This document shows positions 1-8,078 of a stretch of 19,462 bases of DNA, one piece after another (positions within the stretch are counted from its first letter, which is position 1; every line of letters begins with the position of its first letter). The DNA lies in contig JAYZAL010000082.1 of NCBI GenBank assembly GCA_036339735.1, positions 1-19,462 of the forward strand. The letters run 5' to 3'. A program made the position numbers and the translations under genes. The notes beneath the pieces were generated by a model. That model did not search any database, was not told where the DNA came from, and worked only from the letters and a program-made list of their open reading frames with translations. Source of the stretch: Candidatus Poribacteria bacterium (GTDB taxonomy: Bacteria; Poribacteria; WGA-4E; UBA9662).

Positions 1-507
1 CGTGAGGGGGACTGGGGCTTTTACCATGAAACTGGCCACATGTTTCAAAATTCAGACTGGACCTTTGAGGGAACTGGTGAAGTTACTGTCAATTTATTCA
101 CAATGTATATTCTGGACAAGCTTTGTAATATAAAACCGGAATTCGGTCGAATATCCAAACCGAATATAGAAAGACAATATCGATTGTATTTCAAAAACGG
201 AAGCCATTTAAAGCAATGGAAAAAAAAACCCTTTCTAGCACTATACATGTATTACCAACTGCAACAAGAATTTGGCTGGGAATCTTTTAAACAAGTTTTT
301 GCCCGATATCATAGCCTACTTCCTAATCAAAGGCCCAAAAATGATCAAGAAAAGAGAGATCAGTGGATGACCAATTTTTCAAAAATAATCGACCGGAATC
401 TGGGTCCATTCTTTGAATTGTGGGGTGTACCAATCTCCAAATCTGCAAAAAACTCAGTATCCACTCTACCCGTGTGGTTACCCGATAATTTCCCACCAAC
501 AAAGTAG
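1..507 (+). CDS. M60-like (Peptidase_M60, TCAF/FAM115-like) zinc metallopeptidase, C-terminal part; gene begins upstream of the window
   Basis: Frame 1 is open from base 1 and reads REGDWGFYHETGHMFQNSDWTFEGTGEVTVNLF. This gives HExxH (25-39) plus a downstream Glu (GEVT, E at 79-81), the gluzincin motif of M60-like peptidases. C-terminal QLQQEFGW and NLGPFFELWGVPI are also typical. The ATG at 40 in the ORF track is internal. Confidence 0.9.
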   Translation, partial: REGDWGFYHETGHMFQNSDWTFEGTGEVTVNLFTMYILDKLCNIKPEFGRISKPNIERQYRLYFKNGSHLKQWKKKPFLALYMYYQLQQEFGWESFKQVFARYHSLLPNQRPKNDQEKRDQWMTNFSKIIDRNLGPFFELWGVPISKSAKNSVSTLPVWLPDNFPPTK

Positions 508-697
508 GTCTTGATCGTGGATGAAGACATATCCAACGGGCTTTTGGAAGGTGCAGTGTAAGCACAAATAATCCAACTAACACCAGAGGAAATGAAACTT
601 AGTTAACCATGTAACGGTTATATGAAAAGATCAAACCAAGGTGTACGTCATGGCAATGGAAATAATAGTTGAAAAGAAAGATAATGTAGGTTTATGA

Positions 698-1381
698 ATG
701 AACATTATTGACGAAATGCAGTCTTACTACGACCAACGAGCCCCTATTTACGACGAGTCGATGGGATATACCGAACCTGACAAGCTAGCAAGTCTACAGC
801 CAGTCATAGAGTTTATTGGAGCTGAAATCAAAAACCAGACCGTGATTGAGATCGCTTGTGGTCCTGGATTCTGGACACAGCATCTCAGTCAGTTTGCTAA
901 AAAAATACTAGCTACAGATTTTAACCAGTCCACCCTTGATCGAGCGAGAGAGAAAAGTATCTCACCAAATTTAGTGTCTTTCCAACAAGTTGATGCTTAC
1001 AAATTAACCGGAGTCAAAGGTCAATTCAGTGCTGCAATGGCGGTTGACTGGTTGGCACATGTACCTAAATCAAGAATGGACAATTTTTTACAAGGACTTC
1101 ATAACCTGTTGAAACCCGGATCTAAAGTTATTTTCTGTGATGAATTACAAGGTGAATCTCCGTTAACAAAAGGCATATTTGATAGTGACGGGAATCATAT
1201 TCAGAAGAGAACATTACCCAATGGAACGAGTTATAAGGTTATCAAAAATTATATGCTGGAGGAAGAAATTGAAGCAATATTACGTCCGTATTCTGATGAG
1301 ATTAAAATTACTAAATTTGCAATGGAAGATGCCAATAAATGGTCTCATGGTCGGATAGTTATTACGTACTTTTTGAAATAG
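698..1381 (+). CDS. Class I SAM-dependent methyltransferase
   Basis: 227 aa. Motif I VIEIACGPGFWT, acidic end of beta2 (ATDFN), VDAY, and post-II WLAHVP. The N-terminal YYDQRAPIYD is common in small-molecule methyltransferases. Confidence 0.88.
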   Translation: MNIIDEMQSYYDQRAPIYDESMGYTEPDKLASLQPVIEFIGAEIKNQTVIEIACGPGFWTQHLSQFAKKILATDFNQSTLDRAREKSISPNLVSFQQVDAYKLTGVKGQFSAAMAVDWLAHVPKSRMDNFLQGLHNLLKPGSKVIFCDELQGESPLTKGIFDSDGNHIQKRTLPNGTSYKVIKNYMLEEEIEAILRPYSDEIKITKFAMEDANKWSHGRIVITYFLK

Positions 1382-1402
1382 TCGACAAAATTAAAATAAG
1401 CT

Positions 1403-1431
1403 CAAATACTTGACCTAAGGTCGCGTATTTG
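1403..1431. terminator. Hairpin between convergent genes, possible terminator
   Basis: CAAATAC-TT-GACC-TAA-GGTC-GC-GTATTTG inverted repeat about 20 nt after the methyltransferase stop. No adjacent U-tract; a weaker ACGAAT/ATTCGT hairpin with a T-run follows at 1458-1486. Confidence 0.35.
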
Positions 1432-1587
1432 TACTAGAGTTATCAGAACTAATGTTTACGAATCTTTTTATTCGTTCCATTTTTTTATTTCTGCTCCAGA
1501 ATTTCGCTGCTATTTTAACTAAAAAAGTAAATTACTATTGCCTATTATATGGTTTGGAGTTCTAACCTTTTGTAGTAGTTTCGATTG

Positions 1588-2013
1588 TTAATTTTTTGGT
1601 TCTCTTGTGGACTGTTCTGGCAAACCCCAAGTTTGTGGGGTGGTCAGTTCTAGACTGTTGCCTGAAGGGTCACGAAAGTAAATGGATTTTCCTCCGTTGC
1701 TCCAACTGATTTCTCGTTCAATGGGAATGTTGGATTCCAGAAGGTGTTTTCGCCAATTTCCTAGATCTGTCTCAGGCATGGAAAAAGCCACATGACCTTC
1801 TCCTGACATACCGTGCGATGGAACTTCAGAGTCTTCTTTTTTTGTTTCGGAAGCTTTGAAAAGAAGTAAAACTTGATTCCCACAACGAAAAAACAAATGC
1901 CTTTGATTTTGACGCGAGAAAGATTCTAAACCCAATATTTTTTGGTAAAAATCATAGGCCTGATCTAAGTCAGTTACATAAAGACATGTTTCGATAATAC
2001 GCTCAACTTTCAT
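1588..2013 (-). CDS. VOC family (glyoxalase/bleomycin resistance/dioxygenase) protein
   Basis: 141 aa. ETCLYVTDLDQAYDFYQKILGL at the N-terminus, GHVAF in the middle and SIYFRDPSGNSLEL at the C-terminus are the characteristic VOC signatures. Confidence 0.92.
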   Translation of the reverse strand: MKVERIIETCLYVTDLDQAYDFYQKILGLESFSRQNQRHLFFRCGNQVLLLFKASETKKEDSEVPSHGMSGEGHVAFSMPETDLGNWRKHLLESNIPIEREISWSNGGKSIYFRDPSGNSLELTTPQTWGLPEQSTREPKN

Positions 2014-2129
2014 CTATAGTATTAGATTTATTTGAAGCTCAATTTTACCTTACAGATTACAATAACAACCTCACACCCAAAATTACCTCAAGCTCGTGGC
2101 CTTACTCAATGATCAATTCTAAAGGAATA

Positions 2130-3332
2130 TCATTCTTCTACAGGTATCGTGACTGTGACTTCGGCGCTGAAAATACCCTTGTAATCACCACGTTCCAAAA
2201 TCGTTTTTTCTATGACTGCCTTTCTACGTTCAACTTTTCCTTTGAAAAGAAGCTGATCTCTGAAATGAATCTCAACAGGTAATTCCAAGTCCAACATATC
2301 GTCATTCAATCTGACAGTTACAGTTGGTACTGTTGCGATTTTAATGTTAATTTTCTGTCCATTTCGTTCTGCTATAATCTGGCTTCTGCTTAGTATTGAC
2401 TCACCTTTGACAGCCAACCAATAAAACCGATTGTGTGTCACATTATCCTGCAACCAAATAACTCGACCGGGATATAGATTTCTCGTGTTTTCAGCCATCC
2501 AAGGAATTGCTACTTGATCTTCGCCTTGCATCCAGTGTCCCTTACCCCGGTATATCTGGACAAGATGTTTATAACCGTTGGGATCCTTCTCCTGAAGTCT
2601 TCCAAGCAATTTTTTCCATGTTTCTGCCATTTGGTTCCGGTTGTAGGCACTATCCATAGCTCCCATATGAAGAGTGAAAGCTGTATTACGAAGGTTATCG
2701 GGCTTTGAATCATTAGGATGGCCTGCCATGACTGCTACTCCAGCCCAACGGTCAGCCATACGCGGGCCAAGTTGGTAAGTTCCGTCACCACCCGCAGAAT
2801 AGCCCATTATATACACTCGGTTTGGGTCAACGTTTTCCAATACAATTAAATTTTCAATTAGACGGCTCAGAAATTTATCTACATGCGCCTGATGCCACAT
2901 ATTCCAACTGTTGGTTGGGGCGCGTGGTACAAGGTAAATACCCTCACTTATTTGGTATAGATTTTTTTGATTCTCCCACTGTTGATCATTTATCTCTTCT
3001 GGTACTCCTCCACCGCCATGCAGTGAAATATACAAGCTATGTCCTGTCTCGGGCTTGTCTCCGTAAACTTGATACCAAAAGGGCATTTCCACGTTGTCCA
3101 ACTTCAACTTTCTAGATTCCATCTCAGGCTGACGTGTTAATTCAATTTCTTTGCAGTGTAAATCCCAAAGTTCGGCTGTAATTATATCAGCTTGTTTTTT
3201 TGTCAATGCCTCGTTAGAGGCGTTCTCTACATCATTGTTTGCTTTAGTGACTGATAAATGAGTTGATAACATGATTAGTGAAGCTAATAAGATTGATACT
3301 GGTTTAGGTTGCCTTAAACAGAATATGATCAT
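2130..3332 (-). CDS. Secreted alpha/beta-hydrolase (esterase/PHB-depolymerase-like)
   Basis: 400 aa. Signal-peptide-like N-terminus, oxyanion LHGGGG, nucleophile elbow VDPNRVYIMGYSAGG, acid in MGAMD and His in GKGHWM. AAGGA Shine-Dalgarno upstream. Confidence 0.85.
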   Translation of the reverse strand: MIIFCLRQPKPVSILLASLIMLSTHLSVTKANNDVENASNEALTKKQADIITAELWDLHCKEIELTRQPEMESRKLKLDNVEMPFWYQVYGDKPETGHSLYISLHGGGGVPEEINDQQWENQKNLYQISEGIYLVPRAPTNSWNMWHQAHVDKFLSRLIENLIVLENVDPNRVYIMGYSAGGDGTYQLGPRMADRWAGVAVMAGHPNDSKPDNLRNTAFTLHMGAMDSAYNRNQMAETWKKLLGRLQEKDPNGYKHLVQIYRGKGHWMQGEDQVAIPWMAENTRNLYPGRVIWLQDNVTHNRFYWLAVKGESILSRSQIIAERNGQKINIKIATVPTVTVRLNDDMLDLELPVEIHFRDQLLFKGKVERRKAVIEKTILERGDYKGIFSAEVTVTIPVEE

Positions 3333-3437
3333 ATCTTATCCTTAGATTGTCATTCCGTTCCCCTGCTAGGCAATTGACAAATATTGGATTATGCCTTCTA
3401 TAATCTAATATATAAAAACTAAGACGGTATAGAAATG

Positions 3438-4487
3438 CTATCGTAACCAGTCTGGGAGATCTATTCCGACCTCGCGCCCGAGGCTAGTGGACTTGTAAAT
3501 AGCATCGAATATTAGGTTGGTGTAGAGGAATTTGTCAGCTGAAATTGGTGACGCTAGTCCGTTGGCGATAGCATTAATAAACTGCTTAATCTCGTAGTCA
3601 ATTTCGATTGATCCAGATGGTAAATCTGTTGGAGTTGACTCAACTAGATCACTATAATCTCCATGTGTCAGGCGCAATTTAGGATTTGAAAAGGGATAAA
3701 TTTCAGCACTACCACGACGACCTGCAATCCTTATCTGCCACTGTTCTTTGAAATTAATAGCCCAAGAGTGGGCAAAAAATAGGGTAATTCCACCCTCAAA
3801 ACGAACCAAGGCCGTCCCGAAATCTTCTACGTTAAAATCTTCTGTCACCCAGTCTCCGTCTGGTGAATGACCGAATATGTTAGCTGATGTACCAGAAACT
3901 GAAATAGGTTTCGGATGTCCCATCAGGTACATAGCCGTATCAAGGGTATAGACACCATTGTCCATAAAAGCTCCGCCACCGGCCGTTTCTCTTCGGATGA
4001 AGGTTCTACCTGGAATCCCCCTGTGTTGCCAACCGATAGCTTCAGCATAATAGATACTGCCTAATTTCTGGTTTTCTATAAAAGATTTGGCAGCCAATAT
4101 TTCGGGCATAAATCTCCACTTCATTCCCACCATTAGAATCTTGTCGTTTTTTTGACTGGCTTGTGCCATTCGAATGGCTTCTTCAGATGTTGCTGCCATT
4201 GGCTTCTCGACTAGGACATGTTTTCCTGATTCTAGTGCATCGATGCTGGGCTGACAATGTGCCTTAGTAAAAGTACAAACGCTAACTGCATCAATCTGAT
4301 CTAGCTCTAGCATCTGACGATAATCCGAAAATGCGTGACTCGCTCCCCACCTATCTGCAGCTGATTGAGCCCGCTCATGATCTAGGTCGGCCACAGCGAC
4401 AATTTTAACTTGATCTGATAATTGTAGATAACCGTTGGCGTGTGATTCTGAAATGCCACCAGCACCGATAATACCGATATGTATCAT
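3438..4487 (-). CDS. Gfo/Idh/MocA family oxidoreductase
   Basis: 349 aa. GIIGAGGIS Rossmann motif, KHVLVEKPMA and GGGAFMDNGVY. GAGGA Shine-Dalgarno upstream. Confidence 0.95.
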   Translation of the reverse strand: MIHIGIIGAGGISESHANGYLQLSDQVKIVAVADLDHERAQSAADRWGASHAFSDYRQMLELDQIDAVSVCTFTKAHCQPSIDALESGKHVLVEKPMAATSEEAIRMAQASQKNDKILMVGMKWRFMPEILAAKSFIENQKLGSIYYAEAIGWQHRGIPGRTFIRRETAGGGAFMDNGVYTLDTAMYLMGHPKPISVSGTSANIFGHSPDGDWVTEDFNVEDFGTALVRFEGGITLFFAHSWAINFKEQWQIRIAGRRGSAEIYPFSNPKLRLTHGDYSDLVESTPTDLPSGSIEIDYEIKQFINAIANGLASPISADKFLYTNLIFDAIYKSTSLGREVGIDLPDWLR

Positions 4488-4832
4488 AAAAATTCATTCC
4501 TCTTCCGTAGGACTATTGGTCCTTTGTTAAGTAAGGTTTTTCAGTTTTGTAGGATGGAGAATTTCAGTGAATTTAGGAAAAAGATGTAAGAAGCTAAACG
4601 TATTAAATCTAATTCCAACATACTGGAAACAATTCGCCCTCTCGAAAACAGAGAGACATGAAATTACTGATTAGCTATTATTCTGATATGACAAAAGGTT
4701 TCAGTGGGTTTTTCAAAGGCAAAATCTCTAAAAAGTTCGTTTTCCGCTCACTTGCCATTTTTAAATACAAAGTTAAATCTGTTAAAAATTAATACATGCA
4801 ACATGTTTTGTTGATTGCTACTTGTGCTAGTC

Positions 4833-5891
4833 CTAGTTTAAGCGGCTTGCAACATACACTAGCCCACCGACTTCGACTTGATCAAATAAGGTGATAATGT
4901 CGTCATTTATCATTCGAATACAACCTTGAGAGGTTGGCTGGCCGATCATTTTTTCATTGGTTGTACCATGAATATAGATGCGGCGTGCTAGCGTATCAAC
5001 ATCTCCGCCCTTGTTTTTTCCCTCTTCTAGGCCAGTTAATTTTATGATACGAGTAGTTATGATATCGTTGACTTTTGGGTCAGCCAATTCATAGTCCCAG
5101 AGATTGGTTTGAATTTTTTCAGTCAAGAAGCCGCCTTCAAATACGGACCCCTTTGGCGCAGTAGATCCGACCTTGGCGTAAATCTGGTGTCTACCAATTG
5201 GTGTTTGAAAGGAGTCTCGCAGATTTCCGGTGCCGGCCCTAGCGGTTGATACAAGGTACTGATCCAAAACTTGCTGTTGTTTCAGTAACCATAAACACTG
5301 CTGGGATACATCGACAACTAAATAAGCTTTATCTTTAGCTTGAAGATGTAATTTTTTCTGGTCGATAAATTGCTTTAGTCTGTCAACCGATTCTATTTTT
5401 CTCTCTTCATCTGTAACAGTTCTACTTTGTTCAGTTTTGATAGTAATCTGGGGTGGGGTAACTACTGGTATCTGAGCTGAATCAGTTTGACTCAATGTTG
5501 CTTCAGGTAATAAATTTTGATCGTTAGATATTAGCTGCTCAGGCTGATCAGCCGAACTCAAATCTTTTAATATTTGGGTTCGGCCAAGTAAAACTGCTTC
5601 TGCTAACAAACCCATACTAACACAGACCAGTACTAACCTCCGATGTCGAGTCACATCAAGATACGAAAAATAGAAAGAACTAAAGACATTGACTGCACTA
5701 TAAACCCAGATAAAAGGGAATATGATCTTGCATATAGCTGATAAGAATCTTAGCTGTTCGTTTTGAAAAATGATTGGTAACAATGCCAAAACTGTTAATA
5801 AGATAAGGTCGATTCCTTTACTTATTTGGCGTGTCATCAATTGACCTATACCAGGTATCAGCAAAAAGAGGATTTTGAATATACCAAACAT
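4833..5891 (-). CDS. Membrane-anchored L,D-transpeptidase (YkuD family)
   Basis: C-terminal YkuD domain: LVVDVSQQCLWL, YLVST, TPIG and IYIHGT...TSQGCIRM (HxxxxxxxxxxxxSxGC catalytic motif). N-terminus has 3-4 hydrophobic segments and a Pro/Gln/Thr-rich linker. The start was moved from 5936 to the ATG at 5891, which avoids overlap and lies 1 nt after the upstream stop. Confidence 0.88.
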   Translation of the reverse strand: MFGIFKILFLLIPGIGQLMTRQISKGIDLILLTVLALLPIIFQNEQLRFLSAICKIIFPFIWVYSAVNVFSSFYFSYLDVTRHRRLVLVCVSMGLLAEAVLLGRTQILKDLSSADQPEQLISNDQNLLPEATLSQTDSAQIPVVTPPQITIKTEQSRTVTDEERKIESVDRLKQFIDQKKLHLQAKDKAYLVVDVSQQCLWLLKQQQVLDQYLVSTARAGTGNLRDSFQTPIGRHQIYAKVGSTAPKGSVFEGGFLTEKIQTNLWDYELADPKVNDIITTRIIKLTGLEEGKNKGGDVDTLARRIYIHGTTNEKMIGQPTSQGCIRMINDDIITLFDQVEVGGLVYVASRLN

Positions 5892-5892
5892 C

Positions 5893-6705
5893 TCAAATGT
5901 AACGAGCCACTGCAAATGATTGCCATCTAGCATCAAACCAGAACCGGCGACCGGTTTTATCTACCACACTCTCAGCTTTCCCGTAAAAAGCTAGCCAATC
6001 ATCAAAGGCAATTATATTATCATTAAGAGTCAAATCGGAAAATGGGTTATTCCATCGGTGAAGAGACCCACCGGCTAAAGTATACGACTGTCGCATGATA
6101 TGATTGACAAATTCTAGAAACATGTCATCAATAACTTCAGTTGCGGGTAAAAAGGGATTAATTCCATACTGGCCGCAAATCTCAGCGCGCAGATAGTTAC
6201 CAACTCCGTTAAAATAACGTTGATCCATTAGCAATTCAGAGATCGGTTTTTGGAAGATTGTTTTCTCTATATGATCATAAATATGAGACTTAAAATCATC
6301 AAATTGGTCTACAGGGTCGGGGCCACGATAATCAGCCCAGGGGCGAAAATCTCCCTTGCCAAATCTTCGAACATCAACAAAGACTAAGCTCGTTTGATCT
6401 TCGAAAACAAAGTGTGCGTGGCTATGTTTCGGTGAGCCTTCACCTTTTCGTAAGTGTACAAATTCTCCACTCATACCCAATGTGATTGTATATTGGTCAT
6501 TTGTATTGATAATTGAGGAAGAGCGGCGGAAAAACAAAGCAAGCTCTTTGCCTCTTGATTTAGCTGAAATGACAAAAGGCAGTATCAACTGATCTAATGA
6601 CTTCAGTTTGAGGTAAGGTGAAAAGTGGAGGGATGTTACTGTCTTTCCCTCTGAAGTGTGGTTAATAAAGTCACCGGTAATTCTGACTTCAGCCCATTCT
6701 GGCAT
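5893..6705 (-). CDS. Fpg/Nei (H2TH) DNA glycosylase/AP lyase, NEIL1-like with zincless finger
   Basis: 270 aa. N-terminal MPE..E catalytic motif, SRGKEL, LGMSG, FVDVRRFG and the H2TH segment LLMDQRYFNGVGNYLRAEI. No Cys4 zinc finger; the C-terminus is WLAFYG...DKTGRRFWF. Confidence 0.93.
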   Translation of the reverse strand: MPEWAEVRITGDFINHTSEGKTVTSLHFSPYLKLKSLDQLILPFVISAKSRGKELALFFRRSSSIINTNDQYTITLGMSGEFVHLRKGEGSPKHSHAHFVFEDQTSLVFVDVRRFGKGDFRPWADYRGPDPVDQFDDFKSHIYDHIEKTIFQKPISELLMDQRYFNGVGNYLRAEICGQYGINPFLPATEVIDDMFLEFVNHIMRQSYTLAGGSLHRWNNPFSDLTLNDNIIAFDDWLAFYGKAESVVDKTGRRFWFDARWQSFAVARYI

Positions 6706-6737
6706 TTGCTATTTACTCATCTAGTCTTCATGGCATG

Positions 6738-6766
6738 TTGCGTCTATGGTTGACTCCAAGTATACT
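6738..6766 (+). promoter_or_regulatory. Putative sigma70 promoter for the THUMP methyltransferase
   Basis: TTGCGT (6738-6743), 17-bp spacer, TATACT (6761-6766). Confidence 0.6.
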
Positions 6767-6787
6767 AACTGAACCGTTGAACGTCAA
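6759..6787 (-). promoter_or_regulatory. Putative sigma70 promoter for the glycosylase / L,D-transpeptidase operon
   Basis: On the minus strand: TTGACG (6787-6782), 17-bp spacer, TATACT (6764-6759). Confidence 0.7.
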
Positions 6788-6823
6788 TTAACGGTCAATA
6801 TATGGTTAATTCCGAGTCAGGTT

Positions 6824-7963
6824 ATGTATTCCTACCAAAAGAATAGTCGATATTTCGCTCAAGTTGCTGATGATACCAAGGAGTTAGCTGCAACTGAACT
6901 CAGAAATCTTGGAGCTAAAAGTGTTGATTTAACTTACAAAGGTATTTATTTTAATGCTAATCAAAAGGATCTGTACCGAATTAATTTACAGGCATCCTTA
7001 GTACATAGAGTTTTGGCGCCATTGCTGACCTTCGACTGTCATTCTGATCGTTATTTATACAAGACTGCCCGTCAAATACGATGGCTAGATTTCTTGACTA
7101 GTTTCCAAACTTTTGCTATTTTCTCGACTGTTTCTGATAGTAAAATTAGTCACTCTAAATTTGCATCTTTACGCCTTAAAGATGCTATTGTCGATTATTT
7201 TCGTTCCATCACTGGCTTACGCCCATCGGTGGATACTAAAAAACCGGATTTATGGCTAAACCTACGGATCCACAGAAATCGAGCGACTATCAGTGTTGAT
7301 ACTTCGGGTGGTTCTTTGCATCAGCGACGTTATCGAAAGGAAAGTGTGGAAGCTCCAATGATCGAAACTCTAGCTGCGGCACTGCTAAAGGCCTCAGGTT
7401 GGGATCAATCTCAACCATTATACGATCCATTTTGTGGCTCGGGCACTTTACTATGTGAGGCTTACCTGCAAGCAACTGGTACTCCAGCAAATGGGCTCCG
7501 AGCGCTTTTCGGTTTTGAACGCTTACCAGACTTCGACCCTGGGATATGGAAAGAGGTTCAAAAAGAATGCCATAAAAAACAAAGAGCAGTCAGGGATGGA
7601 CTGATCGCTGGTAGCGATATCTCTCAAAAAGCTGTTGCCACAGCTAGGCGGAATACTAATATCTTGACTGCCGACAGACGAATTTCAGTTCAGCAGAAAG
7701 ATGTGTTCCATCTGAATAAGCTACAAGGTCAATTCATTATTACTAATCCACCTTATGGTATCCGATTAGGTCGTTCGGAAGACCTTTCTCATTTCTACCA
7801 GCAGCTAGGTGATTTTCTAAAAAAACAATGTCAAGGTGCAACCGCCTGCATCTATTTTGGTGATCGAAAATATATTAAGCACATCGGTCTTCGTTCTAGC
7901 TGGAAAAAACCATTTACTAATGGAGGCCTTGATGGTCGATTAGTCAAATATGAACTATACTGA
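6824..7963 (+). CDS. THUMP-domain class I SAM-dependent RNA methyltransferase (RlmL/YpsC-like, probable 23S rRNA m2G)
   Basis: 379 aa. THUMP region (LKDAIVDYFR...RPSVD), DTSGGSLHQRRYR, APMIETLAAA, DPFCGSGTLLCEA, NPPYG and NGGLDGRL. Confidence 0.92.
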   Translation: MYSYQKNSRYFAQVADDTKELAATELRNLGAKSVDLTYKGIYFNANQKDLYRINLQASLVHRVLAPLLTFDCHSDRYLYKTARQIRWLDFLTSFQTFAIFSTVSDSKISHSKFASLRLKDAIVDYFRSITGLRPSVDTKKPDLWLNLRIHRNRATISVDTSGGSLHQRRYRKESVEAPMIETLAAALLKASGWDQSQPLYDPFCGSGTLLCEAYLQATGTPANGLRALFGFERLPDFDPGIWKEVQKECHKKQRAVRDGLIAGSDISQKAVATARRNTNILTADRRISVQQKDVFHLNKLQGQFIITNPPYGIRLGRSEDLSHFYQQLGDFLKKQCQGATACIYFGDRKYIKHIGLRSSWKKPFTNGGLDGRLVKYELY

Positions 7964-8078
7964 TTATTGTTTCTTCAACTTGATGAATCACCGATTGAGT
8001 AATAATAAATCGACTGGTATTTGGTGCGATATCATGAATATTATCTATTTACTAATAGCTTGAGGAAATTTCGTTATA

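Noticed and set aside
45-583. Minus-strand ORFs 45-248 and 323-583
   Set aside because: Antisense shadows of the M60-like peptidase with no recognisable motifs.
508-697. Possible gene remnant (…LLEGAV*AQIIQLTPEEMKLS*) faintly like an aldo/keto reductase C-terminus
   Set aside because: Too short and interrupted by stops; cannot be supported without a translated search.
2510-3115. Small ORFs 2510-2713, 2514-2708 and 2822-3115
   Set aside because: Nested in or antisense to the well-supported hydrolase gene.
4488-4832. 345-bp intergenic region with short hairpins (AGGAC/GTCCT, CTCTC/GAGAG) and broken + strand frames
   Set aside because: No riboswitch consensus, stems of only 5 bp, and no recognisable protein remnant.
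5892-5936. N-terminal extension of the L,D-transpeptidase in the ORF track
   Set aside because: It would overlap the glycosylase C-terminus; the ATG at 5891 is more plausible.
8061-8063. In-frame TGA upstream of the sulfatase as selenocysteine or read-through
   Set aside because: No SECIS-like hairpin follows, and the sulfatase is complete from the ATG at 8079.
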